Source: Yuukianura sp. NJ FZ-2021
Lineage: Eukaryota
Reading direction: 5' to 3'
Length of the DNA stretch: 64,000 bases
Assembly (NCBI GenBank): GCA_046563655.1
Contig: CM102290.1
Span: forward strand, 8,990,001-9,054,000
Shown here: piece after piece, positions 11,613 through 21,658 of the stretch
Position numbering within the stretch: position 1 is the stretch's first letter
Layout of the letters: every line of letters starts with the position of its first letter
Translations under genes and position numbers: made by a program
Notes under the pieces: model-generated
What the model saw: the letters and a program-made list of their open reading frames with translations, nothing else
Told to the model about the DNA's origin: nothing
Database searches by the model: none

Positions 11613-13853
11613 ATGGACAACAGGCGCAAAATGCCTCAAACGTCAGTTTTCGTTGTACTGTTCTACCTTGCTCTGCCGGGGCATTCGAATTCGGTTGAAG
11701 TGGATACGGCCGGAGGAGCTGTGAGCCAATTGGGAACGTTATATTCCTTACGAGACAAACTCGCCAGCTTTGTGGCCATTCCAGAACAGCCAAGCGCTTC
11801 AACAGCGCGAAAAGAACGCAAACCCGCGTTTTCAAAACTTTCAGTCCCAGAAAACCAAATGTTTCAAGCGCATCCGACAGCAGAGGTCCCGCAGTATATG
11901 CCTTCGCAGTTTCAAAACCGAGTGGCAAGAATTAACAATGAACCACCACTTTCTGGATTAATTCGAAAAACGATGGTATCTGCTATTAAATGGAAAAAAG
12001 GAAAGAAGAAAGACGCTAGAATACAAAGAGGTTACAATAGCCAATCAGAAGCAGCTCCAGCATGGCCAGTTAACGTTCCCGAAAACCCAGTCAAAGAAAA
12101 GGATGCCGATGATCATGCTCCGGCGTCTCCTGGCAACGTTTTGCCAGTGTCAATTTCGACGCCACCTACAACGACCCCTCCTACAGCGCTCAGCCAAATG
12201 CAAGCCATTGGTCAAGGAGTCAGCCATGCAATTGCGGCAGTTTTGACGCGGAAGTTAATCAGAATGCTAGACCGAGATACTCCGCCTGGAATATTTGTGC
12301 CGATGAAACATTTGGTGGCTTCAGGAGACGAAATGGTGGAGTACTGGGACAAGCGAGTAAATGCACGAGATGGAAAAGATCCTGGAATTGTAGAAATGCT
12401 GGGCTACGGATTAGAACAATTGAAAAGCTTTAGAGAAGGACACGAAATCAAAGCGTCCAATCCAGTAGCCAATATGACGTCGCCTGCTAACACATATATT
12501 CATGGCTTAGTTACCGTAAAGCGATTGACCAATAGAGTCCTCGGGAGGGACACGAGTAATGAAATTGTTGGACGAGGAGGCGGGTATGGACATGACTCGT
12601 ACGGATATGGACACGGAGGATACGGGCATGGACATGGGCACATGAGTTACGGGTAAGGTCCGATAACCGGGATTATGGATAGAATTTTGCTTTTCAATTT
12701 CAAAATGAAAATGTCTTGTGAGTCCAAACTAATCCAATTTTAGGCATTATTTGGATCCGTACGCCATATTGGCAACGTTAGGATTTGGCGTCTTTCTGTT
12801 TAACGTTATTTTCCATCTACTTCAAAATCCGGAGGCAAAAGCCAGGTTCTTCGATGTCATTGACCTCGATGTTCCTATGCGTTTCTCAGATGTCCAGAGT
12901 AGTTCAAATTCAAAGGAAGTAAGTTTTCCAGAATTTAGACGAAAAAGTGAGGAAGGACTACCTTTCGGACGAGAACTATCATAAAAACAGAGTACAGTTT
13001 AGCACTTTTTAACGACGTACTTAGCTTAAAAGGCAGACTCCCTTCCATATTCAACATTTTTGTAACTTCTACTTCCACTTGGGAAAGTTTGGAATGCGCA
13101 TGACAAATGCATTAAGGACTGAATGAGTACTTGATTTAGGCATGGACATGGCGGCGGACTCTACGGTGGACTCGACCCATTCTCACTCCTTGCTGCCCTT
13201 GCATTTGGAGCCTTTCTATTACAATTACTTTTGACATTACTAACTAACACTACTGGAAGGTCAATGAACGAAGTGACTCTAAACAATCCACTTATGATGT
13301 CTGACTATCATCTGTCGAACCTCCTCAATTCCAGTACAGTAAGTTCAAGGACAGACCGGACAATGACGCTTGAAGTCAAATTCAAAATTGTGGTTATTTT
13401 TCAATGTTTTTCTATTTGGATAACGCCAGAGCGTCTTTGGTACTCCGACTGTTCGGACCAAACGAAGTGTGTTGTATGAAGGAGGACAATTATTCGACGC
13501 CATCTTGGACAAAGTAGACGGAGTGTACAAAACATACTCACAAATCAACCGGTCACCCAAATGTGTTAGGCTCCACATGTGCCGATTGGCAGCAGAAGAT
13601 TTTGCTAACGAGGAGAAGAATATAATGTCACCGCTTTTCATGTATGTTGCTTCTTCTAGCTAAAATCGCAAGTATGTCATTCTAAACCTCATCTTCAACT
13701 AATTTTTTTTTCAAAAATTGATCCAGGTTCGGGCTTCAGCAGCTAGGGAAAGAGAGGGACGCTGGACAATTTATTCGAGAAATCAAGGATCGCTTAGCCC
13801 GTGGAGAAAGTGTTGACTGTGACAAGATTGTTCCCGGATGCGAAAAAAATTGA
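11613..13853 (+). CDS. Uncharacterised secretory-pathway protein, family member 2, with two alternative hydrophobic-segment exons (~517 or ~525 aa)
   Basis: Exon 1 11613-12652 (signal peptide VFVVLFYLALPGHS, ends in GGGGYGHDSYGYGHGGYGHGHGHMSYG; start could be ATG 11631). Exon 2a 12744-12918 or exon 2b 13140-13338. Exon 3 13430-13641 (RTKR-SV, CVRLHMCR). Exon 4 13727-13853 (CDKIVPGC, stop). All junctions GT-AG. Confidence 0.8.
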
Positions 13854-14944
13854 GCTGGGGATGGACAAAATAAACAAGAAAATCAAAATTTTGGAAGGCG
13901 ACAGGTCAACAGAGGTCACTCCACTCATTGAATTCTGAAGTCCTCAGATAAGCAAACCGCCGAACGTCAAAAGTATTCCGCGTACAACACGTTGTGCTAA
14001 AATGTTTCAATTGTTCTAAATTTATTTGGTCTAATAATTTTTGAAATGAGTTGCTGGTTAAACGTGCATCCACGTAAATGTCAAGGTAGAAAAAGTAATT
14101 TATCAAATAAAAAATAGTTTCAAATTGTTGATACGCTTTGACCAATGAAGTGTCTCACATTTATTTTCGCAAGTGAAACGGAACGGATACGTCTCAGCTA
14201 TTGGCATTGGAATTGAAGGCGAAGCCATTATTATGATTGGTTGAAAAAAAAATTGCGGTTGTAATAAGTCGAGAGCCGGAATTTAGAACATCCTCCTCAC
14301 CACAGTTTTCTCGAGTTACTATTGGAAATCATGAAACTGTCCGCAAAAATTATTCGGGCATTTGGGTTAGTAGAATGAAAACCCAGATTACTATCACGAG
14401 AACGAAAACAATCGCTGAAATTATTAAAAACCATCTTAAGTAAATAAACGCAGTTTATGACACCTACTGATGGCCATGTTATACACCCATAAATACAACT
14501 TATTTTTAGATACAATTTCGGAGAAGTCTCAATCGTATTTTTAAATTTTTTTAAGTAACCTTCGAGATTTAGCACCAGCGGTTGTAATAGACAAACTGAA
14601 TAACAATATGGGGAAATCAAGCCCGTATAAAAAAAAATCGTCGTTCATGTAATAATAATAGAAAGTTAGTACTGCTAATAATTGCAAAAAAAAATCGTTT
14701 TAAAAAAAGGGAGAACGATTAAAATCGGCAACCTTCATAATGACATTCCGTAAGGAGAAAGTTTTCACTATGGTAACGAAGTTCTTGCAAAAAACAGCAA
14801 TGAATGAACAGTATAAACCTCCGGCATGCAGCAGTTTAGTGTTAGAAGCCTATGAACATTCCTTATTATTAGGAAGCATGCAAGAATTGGACTACAAGAA
14901 AGCACCAAATCGTTCATGATTGAATTTGAGCAGCGCCATCCAGG

Positions 14945-16482
14945 ATGCAACCAAAACGAAACAAAGTTCGTGAGGCAATTGTGAAAGAAATTTTGATTAG
15001 AAAGGAACTGGACAATGGTCCTCATCCAGAGAAACACAGCAGCAGGTACTTCCGGAAGCGATCGAGACGCTTTCGAAATGAGCGCCTGCGTCCATCCAAA
15101 CCGAGAAGCGTCAGTGCATTTGTGGAGGCCAACGTCCGACAACCCAGAAACAATCGAAGTATTTGGCGGAAGGAGTCAGTTACACCAATGGAACGACTGG
15201 CGGACGAACAGCTCTTCGACGCCATTAGTCAAATCTTCCAGCACAACCGCATGTTGGAAGAAATGGAACAAAAGGCACCTACGACGATAGAGTTCATGCG
15301 TCAGGGCTGGAAGTTACCATTTGCACCCAGCGGCATGCGCATTCCAGTCACACCCAAATGCATTATTGTTCCTCTGGGCTATTTTACGCGTAAGGAAAAT
15401 AGAATCCGTGCCAAGAAAAAGGCCAGGGCAAAACCGAAACCTAAGATTCCCATATTCAGCACGGAAATGAGACGAAAAATTCGGAACTTCTTAACATACT
15501 GGTTCAAGCATTACGCCCGTTACAATCAGCGACAGTATCCTATCCATTTCGCTCGTCTCTCCGATTTGGATGAAACTGGTGCGGTTATATTCAAATTCAA
15601 AATCTAGCAGAAAAATCTAAACGCCGAATAAGCTAAAAATCATTTTGTTTTCCAGAACGAATTGACTTAACGAAAAAGAATTACCAGTACTTTCCAAATC
15701 GCGGTTCGGCACAACTAACCAAACGCAAGGTTCCAATTCTTTACGATGGCTGTATGCAATGCATATTCGGAAAATACACCAACCTCAGAAAGTACAACAA
15801 GCATTTCATTACAAAGTATCGCTACAAACCTACCTACGAGTTGGACGTCAGAGATTTCAAGCTTTGGGAATCACCTAAAGACATTGAAGCAATTCGAAAA
15901 GTCTTTCTCAAATACGACAGGCAGCTCACGGGATTTGTTTCTTTTCAGGACATGTAAAAATGGATTTCTTTAAAGAGTGAATTTCGTAAAGCTCTTTCAA
16001 GTAATTTTCAAAATGATTTTTACTACAATTTAGGTGCACAATATTGGATACACTTGGGAATAAAACATCGGTTGGCCTAAGACAACAAGAGTTTGATTGG
16101 TTTACAAACTTGGGTTTAAAATCGAAACTGACGCCTCCTGGTGAAAGTATTGAGTTTGAAGAGTTTCTGCGGGTAGGATAGAAAAAAAATTACAAATCCA
16201 AAGATGAAAATTTTGATGTAATTGAAAAACGGAATTTTTGTAAATTTTATACAGGCATACTACATCTTGGAATTTAAACAAGTGGGGCCGAACCGAGGAT
16301 ATCCGAAAGAACGGCGTCTGACTCCACCTAAACCCACTAAATGGATGCCGGCAGCAGAGCGTAACAAATTTAAGCCATCGGTGCTGCATGACTTTCCGAA
16401 TTCTTTCCGCAATGGAAACCAATGTCCATCAATTATATCCACACATTCCGTCTACTGGAAGCTGTCAACGGGATTATTCTGA
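14945..16482 (+). CDS. Uncharacterised highly basic protein with a degenerate C-terminal EF-hand pair (~432 aa)
   Basis: Exons 14945-15578, 15656-15953, 16034-16172, 16255-16482 splice in frame via GT-AG. EF-hand-like segments: DIEAIRKVFLKYDRQLTGFVSFQDMCTIL and GESIEFEEFLRAY. The N-terminal half is very Arg/Lys-rich. The start codon is uncertain: a 59-codon ORF in another frame lies at 14740-14919. Confidence 0.65.
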
Positions 16483-17134
16483 AGACTTGGCAGCATTCCC
16501 TCAGCCTAACAATTATTGTACTTGACTCGATCCAAACTAAAAGCAGAACTTAATAGAAAAATAAACTGAAATTACCGGAAGTACATTCACTTGTTAACGA
16601 TTTCCGGGTGGAAATGTAATTGAAATGCAAGACGATAGATACACTTTTAAGTTGGAAGGTTAAGTATGTTGTCATAAAGTTGAATGAATCGCCACTTATT
16701 CGTTTCGGCATACTGAAAGACAAGCCCTGTTATTGAAATATTTAAAGTAATTGGACGCCATTAAACTTCTTGCTACGCTGCTAAGCCAAAACAGGAAAAA
16801 GACAAACGCAATTTTCGGGAAGGGTGCCCATTGTTATGTGCACCACGGAGGTGGTTACTGTTGTCGCTTCCTACCGCTTGGTCGTAAAAGTAAATCCCAT
16901 GAATGCATCCATCCGTCCCGCTGTCACTCATTCAAATCAAATCAAAGGAAGCGTCATAAAATGTCCGAGAAACCGTAAAAATTTAGAAATCTCACCGATG
17001 CCTGTTAACCATCATCCCGTTTTGTGTCCAAAAGAACAAATAACTGTTACACCCAAGTACATTCACAGGACCTCGCCGTGTCCAACATCATTCTTGTCTT
17101 AAACTAATTTTAACCGCCGTTGCGAAACTACGAA

Positions 17135-18048
17135 ATGAAGACATTACTAGTTCTTGCTATTGGACTTGCGTCTGCGTACCCGGGAGTCACTGGAAGTAAA
17201 ATTCACGATCCAAAGCCAGCACCAATTACAACTTCTACCAATGCGTTACATAATTCTGGACGCCTAGGACACAGTCCACGCGGAGGTGGGGCCATAACCC
17301 TTGACCCAGTTTCCATCATCAGCCTCTTAGCATTAGGTAAGACTAAGGTAGTTAGTGGAGAGAAGATTTTAATTAAACCTAACAAAAAGTTTTGAAACTA
17401 AACCGATTGATTTGAAGGGGCATTCCTTATTAACAACATTCTCCAACTTCTCCGGGCGAATCAAATGATGAATGAGACAGGGAAATCACTGGAACTTCCG
17501 GAATTAAACATTCCACTTTCAGTTCATCAATGGAAGCAACAACTATCCAGGTTTCTTAATTATAAAATACGATTCGGAAACAAGTCTCGTAAGAAATTAG
17601 GTTGTCGAAATAATGCAATTGTTAATTTAGAACTACCAACGCAGAAAACAAAGTGTCCGACATGTGGACTTTCCTGTCCAAGATGAGTTCCTTGTACTTT
17701 CTCGAAGGGAAGCGCGGTGAGTGTTTCAGGAAAGTACTATTTTGTTCAAACAATTCAGAATCGCAAAACAGCCGCTTCGTCAAAATTCTTCAATGGATTG
17801 TGTAAGTCTAAATATAAATTGTGAATGAAAAATAATGAACTATGTTAACCGTACATTTGATGAATAGAACCAGAGCTGAAAGGATTTTGAATCCAAAAGC
17901 ACGAGGTCAAAACTATATCCAAACCAACTGCAGGGACCTGGACATAACTTGCATCGACGAGATCTTGGAAAATGCAGAGTCAAATTCAGAGGCTAAGATT
18001 TACAGCATCCTGTCAACTTTTCCAATTCGACGGTCCACCCTTGGTTAA
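17135..18048 (+). CDS. Uncharacterised secretory-pathway protein, family member 3 (~228 aa)
   Basis: Exons 17135-17336, 17418-17550, 17631-17801, 17868-18048. Signal peptide MKTLLVLAIGLASA; LDPVSIISLLALGAFLINNILQLL then GKSL; CFRKVLFC; CRDLDITC. AATAAA at 18055-18060. Confidence 0.78.
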
Positions 18049-18144
18049 ATTGTCAATAAAATTAATATATGTATTTTATAGTCGGCAAATTGTTTGCTAA
18101 ATATTATTTTATAAAAGTTGAATGAGAAAAGAGCAAGCTAGAAC

Positions 18145-19574
18145 CTATGCCTTTGTCCTTTGAGGCAAGTTAAATAAGTTTCTCACTGTCTTCCCATAGT
18201 CTTCTACAGTTTCAACTGTTTCGCCTACATGAGTAATTGTCCAACAGTTAATAATAATCAGTTTCATTTTGGAGAAAACTTTAAAAATGCTTGATTACCT
18301 TCATTGTGCAGCCGAGTAGTGGTGTTGCGATATTGCTGAACAGGTTTGACAATTCCGATATTTTCAGCAGTGACAATGCTGCCTTGTAAAGGATCCAAGT
18401 ATGCTGGCTTGCTGCCGTCCGACGCTTGCACAATCTTCGCCAACATTTCTCCCAAATGTTTTTGAGAAGGACTTCCCTCCCATACATATTTCTCCATATC
18501 TGCTTCACACTTTTCAGCTTCCCATGTTTCAGTATTCTGAAGAAAATGAACCAAAGATAAAAGCGTAACAAGATCTGAAATTACCGGCAAACTGTTAGAA
18601 ACTGAGGAACTAATTTACCCTGGATTCGTGGTATAAGGCTGCCAATAAATACAATGCGTAGTCGAAATTTTGTTTTCTCATAGGGCAACAGTCAGTGACC
18701 AATGTGAAGAAATCCGACGGAATATCATAACGCTCACCCACGAGTCGAAGGAATTTATCTTTGGCATGTTCGTCAAGATTCAGTTCCGAGATCTTAATCT
18801 GAAATGGAACAGTGTAAATGTTAACAAAATAAACCAGCCTAAGTATTAATTAGTGTAGGATAAGGCACGCTTACACGGACGGTAACAATTCTTGAACGGA
18901 AATCCCTGATGGTGGGACTCGAATGTAGATAATCGGTGGTTAAAACCTCTAAAGGAAAATGTTCCTGGATTTCTTCTTCTGTTTGTAGTTCTTTAGGCCA
19001 AGGAGTACAGAATCCTAGAAGAATGAAAAATGGATAAACAAATTGTTTTAGAGTAAACCTTATGTAATAAAAGGCCTACTTTTCAACGCTTCACAGTGTC
19101 GATATATTGCAGGAGGTGTCAAATGCAAGAAATTGGTGATTTTCATCAACTCCAGGTTCGCAAACTTGCCAGGCGGTGTGTTATTTTTATTGGGCTTGAC
19201 ATGTCCTTGGTAAAGAGGAAGCGGGACACTGGCTGGATGAAAGGAACGCGCCACGGGCCAAACACTCGGCCAGTCTTGGTTCACGGCCATCTTCTTGTAC
19301 CTAGAAATACATCGTACGTAATGTATAGTAGTAACCCATGTAACCTATGTCAGTTGTCAACAAAATACCTAGGAGGTGGAACTTCCTTCTTTTCCCATCG
19401 TTTTCTTTGTTCACGTTTGACCTCTCTGGACTTGATAAGATCTAGCTTACGAAATTCTCCATCATCTAAGAAGTCTTCCTGTGGTTTCGTTGAAAAGTGT
19501 ATTGTACAAGTTCTGCCAGTGCTACTACTCACAGTCCTGTGTAACCATCGAAAATGCCTCCACTCCGTCAACAT
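18145..19574 (-). CDS. MRPS35: 28S mitochondrial ribosomal protein S35 (mS35; 6 exons, ~354 aa)
   Basis: Exons 19369-19574, 19080-19300, 18875-19014, 18619-18798, 18299-18536, 18145-18224. Motifs: [103 protein letters not shown]. Confidence 0.94.
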
Positions 19575-21658
19575 GTTCAATCGTTCCTGTAAAAATTATC
19601 ATTTCTTGATACACATTTGATACACATCACCCTCATACTAATACATATTACAATGGATGTAAATTTTCGATTCGGTAATGGTTTCAATGGTGAACGTGAA
19701 ATGATGAACACCAATTCTATTCTAACGTACCTCTTATAGCACATGCGATGTAAATGGAAAAACAAGTTCCCAATCCCAAGGCATCAAGTAATAAATGTTT
19801 AATTGACAATAATATCAAGTATCTAACACCTCAAATCATTAACTTATTAATAATTCACGTCAATTAATCAATCTACTCAATGGTTGGATCAAATAAACAC
19901 CAAGCAATTTCGAGGACTGAGTGAGCGTGGAAAAAAAAGGGAGCAGAAATTTGCAGATGATATTAGAGCCTAAAATTTCGAAAATTAGAGAGTTGTTCTC
20001 TTCGAAAAGTGTATGAATAACCTCGAACTAATAAGTTCGCACAATAATTATGAACTTACTAAATGTTTAATTTAAAAGTTTTTTTTTTACCTCAAAATTA
20101 AATATTATTAAAAATCACTACTGTTCTAATTCCTTCATACCTCACATTTATCGTCTTTTTTTTTAAATTACGCGATACGCGAAATTATGTTCTGCAAAAT
20201 GGGGCCACATAAATTGCTATTAAAAAGAAGTCGCAAGTCGCAACTTCAGCATAGTGCAAAATCGGGAATATAATATTTCTCGAACGGAATGCGATAGAGA
20301 GCTAATTTGCGCTTAACAACTATGTTTTCATGTCATATAACGTTTAAAGCGAACAAGTTTTCACCAATTTGGGAAATAATAGAAACGGTTTTAAAAATGG
20401 AGCCACACGAACACTTTTGTCATTGTAGAATAGCGAAAAGTTGACCATAAATGAAAGATGGAAGAATTACAAATGAACAGTTTATTTTTCTTTTCGCTCA
20501 ATTTCGTATCGCTCAACAGAAATTAGTTAATGATCATAACTCTCCTAAAAGACTTTGGAGTCCGAAGTTTTACATCCAGGGGAAAATCATTAAAATTAAA
20601 TAAATAAACCAGGAGCACCAGTAAACTAAAGTCAAATTCCCCATGAGAGGTTTTTAGTTAACACTGGGAACTGTTCCTAAGACATTAAATTCGTTAAAAG
20701 TTATCCATGACTTCTAATTTGTCACCTCAAATTACTTGTCAACCTGAGAACATGTTGTGTAATGACTAAAAATGCCTTCAAAACTCTCCTCTAGCCATTT
20801 TAGCCGGTCACTTGTATATATGAGCTATTTGTACCTTCAAATCAACACATCAATAAAATAAAACTTAAATCTACTCAGCTTCCTTAAGTGAACACTTAAC
20901 CTACATCTTATTCTAGTCATCATAAATTAACTTACAGGAATTAGTTTCTATAAATATTTAGAATAATAATTATCTATTAGTATATTCGTAAAATTTCCTC
21001 AGTGAGCTTGCTACAGCCAGATTTGTCTTTAACGCCTACACCACGCGAACTTCATGCTGTGGAAACGAAAGAATACCACAAAAATAAGTTACCATTGTAC
21101 ACTCCCAATTCTCAATTTGAAACTAATTAGAAGAACAGTAGTCGTAAACTTGGAAACTAATTTTCGTAGTATTTTTCATTTCAGACAACCAGCTAGTGTG
21201 GGGTTGGCAATACATTACCTCTCTTTCCTTCTGATTTAAGTCCTACCTTGACCTTAACAACATGTACATACAACGTATTAACCTTAAGGAAATGCGTGGA
21301 AGATGGCAGGTCATGAATTTGTAAAGAAACACAAGGACATGAAAAGCGATTAGTATTGGCCTATGGGTTCAATCTTTGGTCAAATTGAAAACATTTCGAC
21401 GCTTCTTGACGGTAGTAGTAGTCATACCAAGGCATCTTCGAACTTAAATTAGTAATTCTTTGGATGAATATTGTATCTGCCAAAGCTATGAGGTGATAGG
21501 ATGAGTAATACTACGTTACATTTAAATGCATTCGGTACGAAAGTGTCGAGTATACTCGTCACTTGTGGGTTTAACAAATAGTAAAAAATAAATTAGCAAT
21601 CCCCGATCAGTTTTAAAAAGCACACGCAAAAAAGACTCTTAGCAAAAACCAGAAAACC

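Noticed and set aside
19096..19620. 174-aa plus-strand ORF
   Set aside because: Antisense to MRPS35 exons, non-ATG start, no recognisable motifs.
20160..20420. Repeated AAAATGG(G/A)GCCACA and transposon-remnant-like sequence
   Set aside because: No terminal inverted repeats, target-site duplication or ORF could be delimited; too weak without a genome-wide search.
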